NCBI GenBank assembly: GCA_000004695.1
Contig: CM000152.2
Coordinates: forward strand, 5,984,001-6,048,000
Reading direction: 5' to 3'
DNA length: 64,000 bases
Source of the DNA: Dictyostelium discoideum
Taxonomy: Eukaryota
In this document: in pieces, positions 46,188 through 58,765 of the stretch
Numbering within the stretch: position 1 is the stretch's first letter
Layout: every line of letters begins with the position of its first letter
Program-made: the position numbers and the translations under genes
Notes under the pieces: generated by a model
What the model saw: the letters and a program-made list of their open reading frames with translations, nothing else
The model's database searches: none
Told to the model about the DNA's origin: nothing

Positions 46188-47308
46188 TTTAAAATTGTAA
46201 TAATTTATTTATTTATTTATTTTTAATTGTATAATAATAAAATATTTATTTGTTTAATAAAAAATCAATTGTTTAAAAAAATAAAAAAAAAGAAAATAAA
46301 AAAAATGGTTTAAAATTTTTTTTTTTTTTTTTTTTTGTTTTTTTTTTTTTTTTGTTTTATAACTTAAGTTCTATAAATAAATTTTTGAATTTAATTCTTT
46401 CTATTATCTTTTTTTTTTTTTTTTTTTTTTTGTTTTTTTTTTTTTTTTTTTTGTTTTTTTTTTTTTTTTTTTTTTGTTTGATTATGATAAAGAAAAATAA
46501 AAAAAAAAAAAACCATTTTAAAAAAATTATCACTCAAATTTTTAATTATTTACCAGAAAAGAAACTCAAAAAAAAAAAAAAAACAAACATTTGACACTTA
46601 TTTCTTTTTTGGCTGGGCAAATAATTAAAAAAAAAACAAAAAAAAAAAATCTCTGGTTGAAATTGAATTTTTTGGCTTTAAAAAAAAATAAAAAAAAAAT
46701 AAAAATTTGAATTTTTTAAAATGGAGTCTAGGTTCAACACTTTGTATGGGCAATATATAGGAGACATAATTCTATTATATTATCAATAGTAACATATATT
46801 TTGAAAAATTTAAACAAAGAATAAGAGAATTTTCTATACCCGGTGAGCACATATTTATGATCTTGTTTTATTTTTTTAAACCAACCAATTTCTTTTATTT
46901 GTTTATTTATTTTTCTTTTTTTTTTTTTTTTTTTTTTTTTTTCTCATATTTTAATTTTTTTTTTTTTTTTTTTTTTTATTTCAGTGACGGATTAAATAAA
47001 TAATTTAATTTTAATAATAATAATAATATTCAAAGAAATTAACAAATATTTTCAATGTTTGTGTGTCGGTTGAAATTTTATTTTTTTAAATTATTTTTTT
47101 ATTTTTTTTTTATTTTTTTTTTTTTTTAATAAACTTAAAAATCTAAAAAAATTCTGATTTGATTTTTTATCATAATTTTACCAATTTTTTATTTTTATTT
47201 TTTATTATTTATTTTTATTTTTGTTTAAATTTTTTTTATTTTTTTTATTTTTTTTTTATTTTTTTTATTTTATGTGTATATATAAATAAATAATTAAAAT
47301 CAAAAGAA

Positions 47309-47649
47309 ATGTCATTATTTTATACAAAAGATGCAATTTCAGATTTCGAAAAAATACTAAATGGTTTAAATACATTTGATTCATTCCCACCTTTAAGAAT
47401 TTTATCTTTAGCAACTTATTGTAGAAAAGAAGAAGTTAAAGATTTTTTTAGTTTTATAGATTCAAATGGTGATACTTGTTTAACATTTATAATTCAATCA
47501 ACCGTTGAAAATAATGTAACACAACAATATAGATCAATTGTAGATAAATTTAAATTATTAGAAGAAAATATTGAACTTTTAAATTTACCAAATTCATATG
47601 GTGAGGTAGTGTATAAATATATTCTATATTTAATAATTTATTTGAATTG

Positions 47650-47695
<46 letters not shown>

Positions 47696-50199
47696 TATAC
47701 ATATAATTAATTTTTTATTTTCTTAAATAAAAAAAGACACCATTACATGTTTCATCAATATCAAATAATATAGAGTTTATGAAATTATTAGTTTTACAAG
47801 GAGTTGATGGATCATTAAAAGATAATAGAAATATGACAGCATTGGATATTGCGGTGATGATGGATCATAAAACAATTATTAAAGAATTAAAGAAATTGAA
47901 AACATCAATGATGACAATGGAACAAACATCAATTTATCAATGGGGTCAAATTTTAACAAGTAGTTTAACATTGAAATCATGTGCAAAAGCAACCAATATG
48001 TTATTTAATGATGAAATTTCAGCACCAATTCAAACAGAGTTTGGACAAAATTATAATTTAATTCTAACTGATACTGGTGCAGTGTATAGTTCAGGTTTAT
48101 GCTCCTATGGTAAAACAGGGCATAAAAAGAAGAGAGATGTATTAATACCAACACAAATATTAGAATTATCAAATAAACGTATCAAATCAATCGCATGTGG
48201 TACACATCATTCTTTGGCAATGGATGATTTGGGTCAAGTTTATTCTTGGGGGAATGGCGCAAGTGGTAGGTTGGGCCTGGGTAACGATTTCAGTATAGTA
48301 CCAACACCAACATTAATCAGCGTTATCAATAGATTTGGTTCTAATGAAATTGCCACTGCAATTGCAGCGGGTTGTGATAATTCAATGATATTAGGCTCAA
48401 ATGGAGATGTATACAGTTTCGGCAGTAATTTACATTATAAACTTGGTTATAAGGAGTGTGATGGCGCATTGGGGTTCCAATCAACTCCTAAGAAAATACC
48501 ATCAATACTTCAAATGAAATCAATTGCATGTGCAAGTTGGCATTCTGTATTCTTGGATCTCAAAGGCAGAGTTTATACATGTGGTTCAAGTACGAATGGT
48601 AGATTGGGTCGAGCAATTAGTTCCTATAGTTCATTTTACCCAGAACGTGTCTCAATCACCAATAGCAAAACCAATGGAACACTTCCACAAGAGGAAGTCA
48701 TTAAGCAAATTGCATGTGGTACTAATTTTACAACAGTTTTATCTGAAAGTGGTTCACTCTATTCATGGGGTGTAAATACGAAATCTCAATTGGGTTTAAT
48801 TAATTTAGTTGGAATTTCAGAGTATTATTCTCAACCAAAATTAGTAACTGCTTTAAACCCTTATACAATTCATTCATTTGCTGTTGGCGATCAACATGTT
48901 GTAGCATTGTCTGATCAAGGTGAAGTTTTCTGTTATGGTGATAATAGTACGCTTCAATGTGGTTTTGGTGAAGTATTAAATTTTGAGATTAATTTAACAA
49001 AAGTTAAAATTGAAACTACTTCATCCGATGCACCAATCATTGGTGGTGGTGGTGTTTTTAAAGTTTCTGCAGGTGGTTCAAATACTATGATATCATTATC
49101 ATCAGATCATAATATATTTGGTGAAGAATTATTAAAATCTTTAAATCTTCAAATGTTTACAGATTGTCGTTTAATTATTAATGATAATAAAGAACAATTC
49201 ATACAGGCTCATCAAGTTGTTTTAGCAGCACGTTCAAATAAATTTAATAAATTATTGGAATTACAACATAATTCAACTTTGGTTGGTGTTGATCAACAAC
49301 AACAGCAACAACAACAATGTAAAATACCACTCACTCAAACTACATTTTTAAAATCATTTATTGAATCAATTGGTACATTTGATATTGATGGTAATGAAAA
49401 TAGAGTATTGTATATTAGTTTTCCATCAATTTCATCAATTTCAATATTATCATTATTATTGAAATATATTTACTCTGATCATACTATTCTATCACAAAGC
49501 ACTAATCAAGAGTTGGGTGAATTAGCACATAGTTTAGAAATTGAAAGATTAGCATACCTTTGTAATTTCTCACATGGTAAATCATTAGATAAATTACCAA
49601 CATCAACATTACTTGAAGATTTTAGAATTTTAAAAGATCCTAAATTCTCTTCAATTTATTCAGATATTAAATTTAAATGTATTAATAATGGTGGTGGTGG
49701 TGGTGATGGTAATATGGTAGATGAGGCATATTTAGAAAAAAATAAACAACAAATTGAAACAGTTGAAAGTTATAAATTATTTGCATATACAGGTTCAAGT
49801 TATTTTAAAACAATGTTAAGTGGTAGTTTTATTGAAAGTAATAAAAAAGAGATTGAATTATTTGAAACTTCAGCATCAAGTTTAAGATTACTTTTAAATT
49901 ATTGTTACAGTGAAGAAATTCCAACCGATTCAAATGATTGTATTGATTGTATTATCATTTGTGATGTTCATCAAATTTCAAGAGCAAAAGATTCTTGTGC
50001 TGCTAAAATTAGATCTCAAATTGATATTCAATACATTTGTTACATTTATCATATCTCTTTAATCTATAATGTAAAATTATTAAAAACTTGGTGTCAAGCT
50101 AATTTTAATAGTATAGCTGATATTAAAGCATTACCTTATTTTAATCAATTACCAATAGAAATTCAATCAGAATTAAATTCAATAAAGAAAAAATATTAA
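47309..50199 (+). CDS. IBtk-like protein: ankyrin repeats, RCC1 repeats and two BTB domains. About 919 aa. Exons 47309..47605 and 47737..50199.
   Basis: Exon 1 ends ...LNLPNSYGE|gtagtg. Acceptor aaaaaag|ACA gives TPLHVSSISNN... (ankyrin), then RCC1 motifs (VYSWGNGASGRLGLG, VYSFGSNLHYKLGY, LYSWGVNTKSQLGL). BTB domains follow at DCRLIINDNKEQFIQAHQVVLAARSNKFNKLLE and YSDIKFKCIN...YKLFAYTGSSYFKTMLSGSF. Confidence 0.7.
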
Positions 50200-50360
50200 A
50201 TTTCTAGTTAAAAAAAAAAAAAAAATAAAAAAAAAAAAATTAAACATATACATATAGTTTAAAAACTTATTCAAATTGAAGAAAGAAAGAATAAACTTAA
50301 AAAAAAAAAAAACATTTAAAATTATAATTAAGTAAAAAATATAATTTATTTTTTTAATTT

Positions 50361-50736
50361 TTAATGGGTGGAATAGTAGAAAAATGCACATCCAGCAACA
50401 ACTAAAACAAAGATAATAGCGATGAAATAAATACCCTGTTTTTTTTTTTAATTTAATACAATTTATTAATATTTGTTTTTTAATTTTTTTTATTTTTTTT
50501 ATTTATTTATTATTTTGTATACATACTGCAAGTATTATTGAAGCAAATACAATTCTTCTTGCATGGATATTAGGTGATCTTATATATACAATGTTGAAAA
50601 GTAATGGTAACCAAAAAAATACACCCAAAATTATGAATGTTAATGAAAATGGATAATCATGTTCAAATTCTTTTGAATTTGATTCTGATTTATTTTTACA
50701 AATTTCATTTCCTTTTTTAAATTCAGGACTTGCTCC
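50361..50736 (-). CDS. Small two-pass membrane protein, paralog A. Last two exons 50736..50527 and 50435..50361; the 5' exon was not located.
   Basis: ...EFEHDYPFSLTFIILGVFFWLPLLFNIVYIRSPNIHARRIVFASIILA|gtatgt, then aaaaaaacag|GIYFIAIIFVLVVAGCAFFYYSTH*. The exon at 50736 begins directly at a caatag acceptor with an in-frame TAA upstream, so an upstream exon is needed. Confidence 0.45.
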
Positions 50737-51229
50737 CCTATTGTATTAAAATTAAAAAAAAAAAAGTAAAGATAAAATAGAAACGGGAAAAAAAAAAAAA
50801 AAAAAAATAAAAATAAGGAAAAGGAAAATAAAAAATAAAAAAAAAAAAGGAAAACGAAAATAAAAAAAACCCTAAAAAGGATAGTTTACAAATAAAATTT
50901 TTATTAATTTTTGAATGTGGGGAAAACCAAAAAATTCTAGATGTAAAAACACAGTTATTTAATAATAAAAAGTAGAAATAAAAATGGTGGTTGAGGTTAA
51001 AAAAAAATATATATAAAATTGTTACAAGGTATATGTTTCTCATTGGAATTATTAAACATATAATAATAAAAAAAAAAATTGGTAAAAACTAAAAAAAGTA
51101 TAGAAAAAAAAAAAAAGATTGAATAATCTTCATAGTATTAAAAAATTGATAAATTAAATAAAAATGATTGTTAATTTAATTTTTATTTTTTGTCAATTAT
51201 TTGACTTTTTATTTTAAAAATGGAAAAGT

Positions 51230-51654
51230 TTATATATAGTTCAATGGGGGATAAAGGTAAGAAATTGTCAATGAAATAACAGTAGCAATAAAATAACAAG
51301 TCTTTTTTAAAAAGAATAAAAGAGGAAATTTTAATATGTTATTATTGCTTTTTTATATTTTTTTTTTAATTTTTTTTTTTATTTACGTACTCCTATTATT
51401 AATGATGCTACAGAAAATCTTCTTGCTTGAATATTGGGAGATCTAAAAAATATAAGGTTGAAAATTAAAGGTAGCCAAAGAAATAAACCAGAAATTAAAA
51501 ATACTAAAGAATGTCTATAATCATCAGAATAATCTTTAACTCTTTGATTGTTATAATTTTGATTTATTTTTTCAAATTCTTTATTATTTTTAAATGACTT
51601 TGATTCATTCCCATTTTTTTCTACATCTAATTTATTTAAAATTTTTTCAGTCAT
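51230..51654 (-). CDS. Small two-pass membrane protein, paralog B, about 111 aa. Exons 51654..51391 and 51301..51230.
   Basis: MTEKILNKLDVEKNGNESKSFKNNKEFEKINQNYNNQRVKDYSDDYRHSLVFLISGLFLWLPLIFNLIFFRSPNIQARRFSVASLIIG|gtacgt, then ttttaaaaaag|TCYFIATVISLTISYLYPPLNYI*. Confidence 0.6.
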
Positions 51655-51956
51655 TTTAATTTATAAGAAAATAAAGTAAATTAAATTATATAACAACAAG
51701 ATAAAAAAATAATATTCACAATTTAAAAAAAAAAAAAAAAAAAATTTAATAGTGGACTTTTAAAAACAACACAGTCTTTGGAATAAAAGATATGTGTTTT
51801 TTATTTATTTTCAATAATTTTTCCAAGTTACCCCATTGTATTTTCAATTTTTATTAATTTTAATTTATTATTGTTATTTGAATTATTCTTTTTTTTTTTT
51901 ATAATTTTTTTTTTTATTAATATTATTTTAAAATATTCAATATAATAATCAATAAA

Positions 51957-52220
51957 ATGGAAGATTGTAATAATAATAATTATGAGGAAAATGAAAATGG
52001 GGCACAATTTAAATTATACAATAAAGACAAAGAAATAAACAATCCACAAACAAAATTTGATCAAAATGATTTAGATTATAAACTTGATTATGAATTTTCG
52101 TTAGGTTTTTTAATTGTTGGCATATTTTCATGGTTTTCATTTTTTTTTTATTTTATACATTAGATCTCTCAAAATTCTCATGCAAGAAGAATGTCTGCTA
52201 CATCAATAGTTATTGGAGTA

Positions 52221-52251
<31 letters not shown>

Positions 52252-52376
52252 CTGGAATATTAAAAAACTAAAAATTATTTTATTTTAATTTTCTTATAAT
52301 AAAGAGTTCTTATTTTATTTTTTTCTTTCTATTTTGGGTTGTGTTAACAGTTCCAAAGGAATACTATTATTATTAA
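51957..52376 (+). pseudogene. Small two-pass membrane protein, paralog C, with an in-frame TAG at 52161..52163 where paralogs A and B encode R/S. Exons 51957..52217 and 52305..52376.
   Basis: ...FSLGFLIVGIFSWFSFFFYFIH*ISQNSHARRMSATSIVIG|gtatgt, then aataaag|SSYFIFFFLFWVVLTVPKEYYYY*. The same frame continues through the TAG. Confidence 0.5.
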
Positions 52377-52389
52377 TTTAAAAAAAAAA

Positions 52390-52425
<36 letters not shown>

Positions 52426-52541
52426 TTAAATAATAAAAAAAAAATAATAATAAATAATTAATTTAAAGGATACTAAGTTATCTAATATTTTTTAAAATTA
52501 AGATTTGTTATTTTTTATTAAAGCTGCTATATTTGGGTGTT

Positions 52542-52636
52542 GTAGGGAAATTTTAGATTTTTTTTTTTCCTGGCTGTTGGGAAAAAAGCGCTATTTTTCC
52601 CTACACTGCTTAGTGAAATTTTTCACTACAGCCGGG
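52542..52636. other. GC-containing island with three interleaved inverted repeats: gtagggaaa/tttccctac (52542..52550 / 52597..52605), cctggctgt/acagccggg (52569..52577 / 52628..52636) and the hairpin tagtgaaa-tt-tttcacta (52611..52628). It is a candidate small structured RNA or regulatory element. A second island with the same AGCGCT core lies at 52707..52760.
   Basis: Complementarity read directly. It sits in the AT-only intergenic region between paralog C and the 53460 gene. Confidence 0.3.
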
Positions 52637-53459
52637 AAAAAAAAAATCTGCTTATTTTCACCGACCAAAAATAAATAAATGTTATTATTTGTTATAGTTA
52701 TTGTTGCAAGCGCTTAAAAAAGCTGAGAAATTTTTCAAATTAGATCCTGAAAAAATCGCAGCACCTAAGGTGAAAAAAAAAAAATTAAAAAATTTTATTT
52801 TAGCTTTTTTTTAATATTTTTTTAAATAAAAACAATCACTTTTTGTTAAATTACAACTTTGTTTTTAAATCAATACTTAATTTATTTATTATTATTATTA
52901 TTTTTTTTTTTTTATTTTTTTTTTATTTTTCTTTTTTATTTTTTTTTTATTTTTTTATTTTAGTTTATTTTAAAAATCTTTTAGTGAAATTATAATTTAT
53001 TTGATCTTTTTTTGTTTTTAATTTTAATAATGCATTTTTGTTTTTAGATTTATTATTGGGGTGGAAAAAATTATAATAATAAATTAAAAAAAAAAAGATC
53101 ATTCAACAAAGGGTTTGTCTCATCGCAAAAAAACTGAAAAAAAATTAAAAAAAAAATGTTTTTGTCATAAACACAAAAAAAAAAATATCTAAATGCTCAA
53201 AATATTTTGATTTTGATTTTTTGGGCAAGAAATTTGTAAAGTTGATTGGATGTAAAAAATTAAGTTTTTTTTTTAAATTTTATTTTTTACTTTCTAAATT
53301 TTAAAAAAAAAAGTTGATCATTATTTTTATTTTTTTTAATTTTTTTTTCATTATTTTTTTCTTTTAAACAGTGCAACTGGTAATACACCTCATATTTTTT
53401 TTTTATTATTTCCAAAATTAAATTTTTTATTTTTTTTTTTTTTTGAGGTAAAATGGAAA

Positions 53460-53834
53460 ATGGATCAACATAAAAATATTTTATTTAAAAGAATAGAGGA
53501 AATATCAACCAGAGAATTATATCATTTACAAACTAAAGTTAAAATAATAAAATTATTAGAAGAATTAACACAAGAAGATGTTAAAGAAATTGTCAAAAAT
53601 AAAATATTTAATGAATTAAAATCCCCAAGAGATTTATTAAACCATAAAAAAACCCATAGTTTTATTAAATCTTCAAATGAAGGAGTATTTATACCCATAA
53701 AAAGAAATATTGAAAGGATTAATTTAATAAAATTAGATATATTAAATTTACAATTTTATAATACTATTATTGATAACAACAATAACAACAACAACAACAA
53801 CGACAACGACAACGACAACAACAACAACAACCAA

Positions 53835-53878
<44 letters not shown>

Positions 53879-53938
53879 TAATGGATTAAATGATAATCAA
53901 CAAAATAAAGAAAATGATGATTTCGAAAATGATCAAAT

Positions 53939-53986
<48 letters not shown>

Positions 53987-54046
53987 TAATGGATTAAATG
54001 ATAATCAACAAAATAAAGAAAATGATGATTTCGAAAATGATCAAAT

Positions 54047-54112
<66 letters not shown>

Positions 54113-54218
54113 TGTATTAAATGATAGTCAACAAAATAAAGAAAATGATGATGATGGTAGAGATTACAATCCTATATATGTTGATTATAATGACTTCGAA
54201 AATGATCTAATTGATAGA

Positions 54219-54314
<96 letters not shown>

Positions 54315-57300
54315 TATATTGATAAATCAAAAATTGAAGAAAGACCAATAGCAGATGATCTTTTTCAAATTCAATCATTTTTACATCCATCCATTGATGA
54401 TACTATTCAACATAATCATAAATCTGATAGTGAAGTTTCAACACCATCAATATGTTCTATATCACCATTACAACCAATTACAACTCATCAACTACAACAT
54501 AATAAAATAAATAAATCAATTGATAACAGTTTCAACTTTGGAAATGATAATAATAATAATATTAGTAATAATAAGTTAACAAATGTTAGTGAAATAAAAA
54601 ATAAAATAATAGAAATCTTAGATTATTATATTAAATCTCACGAACAATTCATTCAAGAGTTTATAAGATTAGCTCATGATCCAAATAAAAATCCAGACTC
54701 TCTATTTGAAGAGTTTCCAGTAATACTTGGTGAAGATTTGGTTTTTAGAGAATTAAATTCATTAAAAAAAGGCTATGAAATTTCTTCATATGATACAAGA
54801 GTGCATAGATTTGTTCATTTTAATAAAACTGGTGTAAATAAAGGTAGAACAGTGAATAATGTTTACTTTAAAAATGGTGACTCTGGTTTATTAAATCCAG
54901 CAAAAGAGGATGCGGTTTATCAAATTTATAAATTAATATTCCCAACATTTTTTCATGAACTAATTGCACCCACACAATTTTTAAGAGTTGTAGATTTACC
55001 AATAATGCCAGATATAGGTGAAAAAAATACAAATGGAATTTTTCCAAAAAGAGAATATAACAAAGTTATGGGTTCTATGAACCCAACAGAAGTCTATGAA
55101 ATTGATCCTCAATTTCAAAAAAAAGTGGAATCAGAAATTTTAAAAAAGAGTCAAGTAAATCTTCAAGCATCTTTAATAATTAAAGGTGAAACACTAGAGT
55201 CATTTTTACAAAAACATTCAGACCCAAACAATCAATATGGAATTGAAAACTTAGATATTAAAAGTTATAGTGCTCATATATTATCAAGTCTATTAATTAT
55301 CCCAACAGATTGTAAACCTGATAACTTAATAGTAAATGAATTAAATAAATTGGTTGTAATTGACAACGATAGAGCATTTGAATGTGGTGAAATTAAAAAA
55401 CATGGAAGTTCCGAAGATATTATTGGTGCAAAAAATATATTGTATATATTAAAGCCATTAATGAATAGACAAATTGATAAAGAAGTAATACAAGAGTTCA
55501 TTGGGCATCATCCAAATGAATTACTTTTAAAATGGTTATTATCATTACATGAAAAAGAAAATTTATATGATTCATTAATTAAATTTTCCACCGATTTTGT
55601 TTCTCAAGATGAAAAACATACTAAGAATACTATAAATTTACCACTTAAATTTCATAAAGGTTGGATAACATCAATGTTGGATAGATTTAAATTAATTAAT
55701 AAAACATTAAAAGAATCAAATTTTAAAATATCACATCAACAGTTATTTAAAGTTGTTCATCCATTAGCAAGTTTATTTTATAAATTTGCATCAAAAGAAA
55801 TTGGTGGAGATCCACTTGATCAAATTTATCATATCTATGATTATAGTGAAATAGAAACAAAAAAAAAAATTAATTTAGAATTTAAATATTTACTAAAAAA
55901 ATATTCAAATTTACCACATGAATTAGAAAAACTTAATTCAATTCGACCTCTTTCGAAACCAGATTTAACAATAGTTGAAACAATTAAAGAATTATTATTA
56001 GTTTCAAAAGTAAAACATTTTGATTGTCCTATTAAATTTTTAAAATTAATTTTACAATTTATAAATAATTTCAATTGTAATAATAATAATAATGATAATA
56101 ATAATAGAGAAACATTCATATTTCATGAATCATGGGTTGAATCAAATTATATGATTTTAATAAAATTATTTCAAAGTGATATCTCAACAGAATTAATTGA
56201 AACATTTATAAAAAACACATCAATTACAATTGAAAATATAAAAACAAATTCTTCAATTTTACATACAGCAATAAAATCAAAAAATGATAATTTATGTAAT
56301 CAAATTCAATTTTTAGTAGAGTTTGGAGAAGATATTAATAGAATTCATGATAATTTAACACCATTAGATTTAGCTGTACAAGCGAAACAATTTCAAACAT
56401 TTGTTAAAATAATAGAATTGGGTGGTGGTTTAAATGCAAACAATGAAAACATTAAAAATTATTATAGTACTTTGACACATGATCAAAAATGTCAATTAAA
56501 GCCATTAATTGAAAATCAATTATTTCACGTTAATCCAAATTTAATATGGGAACTATCATTAGATTATCTATTACCAATTATTAATGATGAAGAAATTTAT
56601 AATAATAATAATAAAATAATTTTTGGTTTAGTAAATAAAAGAAAAATTTCAGAAACTATTTGGAATACATTATTTGATTCAAAAGGTTTGCCAAATAAAC
56701 CAATTGAGCGTGGAAAGAGATCAGTCATATTAATTGAAAATAAAGAATATGGATTAGGAATTTATTTTAAATTTAAACCACAATTTCCAGGTATTGAATA
56801 TGCAGTTGGAAAATTATCAGAGAAATTGTTTGGATCATTTTCACATAATATCGAATTGGTATATATAAATAAAGAATCAGTATTACTATCTCAAAAAGTT
56901 TATGGTGAACCAATAATATCAACATTAAAAAATGATCCAACAATTTTAAAAACAATTGATAAATCAAATTTATCAAAACAAATTGTATTTGCAATTTTAA
57001 TTAATAATGCAGATGGAAATTTAGGAAATTTTATAATATCACCAACAACAAATCCAAATTGTAATAGATTGATTTCAATTGATAATGATCAATCATTTGT
57101 ACCGGCAGCTTATTCAACTGGTGGTTTTTTACTTAGTAAAGTTATATTAAGAATTCAAAATGTATTATTTTTATTAGATGAAATGTTTGAACCAATACAT
57201 CAAGATGTAATCAATTCAATTATTAATATTGATATAGATAAATTATTTAAAGATTGGGTGAACATATTAATGAGTCATCATAATGATACAATACATCATT

Positions 57301-58643
57301 TGAAATGTATGAAATATGATATACATGAAGATTCAATAATTGGTATACCATTTAGTACCGATAGTATGAAATCATTATTTACAAAGATAACTAGAATTCA
57401 AAGACAATTTATAAAAGGTAAATCAATGACTCATTTAGAATTATTAACTCTATTAGAACCATTGATTGCAATTAGATATACACCCTTTCTTTTAAATAAA
57501 AAAATTTCAACCTTTGATAAATTCACCAACCTTATGAGTATCACTGAAAAAGATATAAATAAATTATTAATTGCCTCATCTTGCACAATTAATGATTCAC
57601 AAATGATCTTGGTTACAAGAGACATACAAAATCCAAAAACCCTACAAAAAGAATTATTCCATGGTAAATATAGACCAGAGATAGCATTCAAAGAAATGAA
57701 ACAACATTTTTCAAACATTGATGAAGTATTGGAACAATTGAAAATGAATAAACAAGCAAACATTACAATTACAGATCATCAACTCGAAGATTTATTAAAA
57801 GAAACAGATTTTAGCAAATATGATATAAATCAAGAAAAGCTATTATTTGAATTGATAAAACAATCACAGATTAAATACGTTTATTTAAAGAATTGTTCAA
57901 GTATTGATTCAAAAACTTTTGGGGAATTTAAAATCAATTTAATTACAAAGATGGATTTATCAGGTTGTTCAAATTTAATATATTTTGGTTATTATATATT
58001 TTTAAGTAGTAGTATTATAACTTTACCATCATTAACTCATTTCAAAGCTAGTGGTTGTAATAAATTAAGTCAAATTGTTATTGAATCACCTCATTTAAGA
58101 ATTTTAGATTTATCAGATTGTCCATTATTACAAGATTTTCTAACCTATAGAGCAACAGGTTTACAATCATTGAATTTAAATGGTTCAATTAATAATTCAA
58201 AAGTTTTAGATAATATAAATAGTTATACAGAATTAACTTATTTAAACATTTCAAGAATCATTGGTGATGTTAATGTTTCAGAATTACATTTCCTTTTCAA
58301 AGAATTACAACGTTTAGTTGCAAAAGAAATAAAATCTTTGAAACTTGTTTATTTAGTTCTTCCAAATATTAAAAAAATAGATTTTGAACATTGTAATGAT
58401 TTGGAAACAATTTTTAATTCTAGAAAAAACTTTCACCAAGAACAACATATTGAAATTTGTGTTCATAATTCCGAAAAGGTTAAAATTAAAAAAGAATTAA
58501 AACCAATGTATCATTATTCAATAGATAAATTATTAATTCATTCAATTCAAGATTTAAATGATATTAAACAATATAATTATGATTTATTAAATGGTAAAAA
58601 TTATTATTTAAAATTTAGTAATGATTTTAATTTTATATTATAA
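53460..58643 (+). CDS. Giant multidomain protein (1727 aa as a single ORF) with two PI3/PI4-kinase-like modules of the PI4K type II kind, an ankyrin-like segment and C-terminal Cys-containing LRRs. It is probably spliced to the downstream FNIP-repeat ORF.
   Basis: Module 2: GIYFKFKPQFPGIEYAVGKLSEKL...QIVFAILINNADGNLGNFIISP...RLISIDNDQSF. Compare PI4KII GSYFVKD...KPK.EEPYG and [20 protein letters not shown]...IAAIDNGLAF. Module 1: LLIIPTDCKPDNLIVNELNKLVVIDNDRAFE. LRR-like region LSGCSNL...LDLSDCPLLQ. An internal perfect tandem repeat lies at 53838..54300. Confidence 0.55.
53838..54300 (+). repeat. In-frame tandem repeat inside the 53460 gene. Two perfect 108-bp units (53871..53978 and 53979..54086, NKNNGLNDNQQNKENDDFENDQIDS + (N)n) plus a diverged third unit, flanked by (AAT)n.
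   Basis: Identical nucleotide strings aataaaaataatggattaaatgataatcaacaaaataaagaaaatgatgatttcgaaaatgatcaaattgatagtaataat occur twice. Confidence 0.85.
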
Positions 58644-58765
58644 AAATTTATTATTAATTTTTATTTTTTATTTTTTTTTTATTATTATTAGGGTCAGATA
58701 ATATTTCAAAACGTGAAACTATATTAAAATTTAGTAATGATTTTGATTTTAAAGTTTTATACACT

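Noticed and set aside
46600-46870. GC-containing patches (ggctgggcaaa, tggagtctaggttcaacactttgtatgggcaat, cccggtgagcac) in the 46187-47309 divergent intergenic region, considered as a tRNA or small RNA gene
   Set aside because: No tRNA A/B boxes or cloverleaf, and no recognisable snRNA similarity. They are more likely promoter elements, so they are left unannotated.
53460-53462. Possible alternative upstream ATG at 53454 for the giant gene
   Set aside because: It is in a different frame and hits a stop after 6 codons (ATG GAA AAT GGA TCA ACA TAA). The ATG at 53460 opens the long frame.
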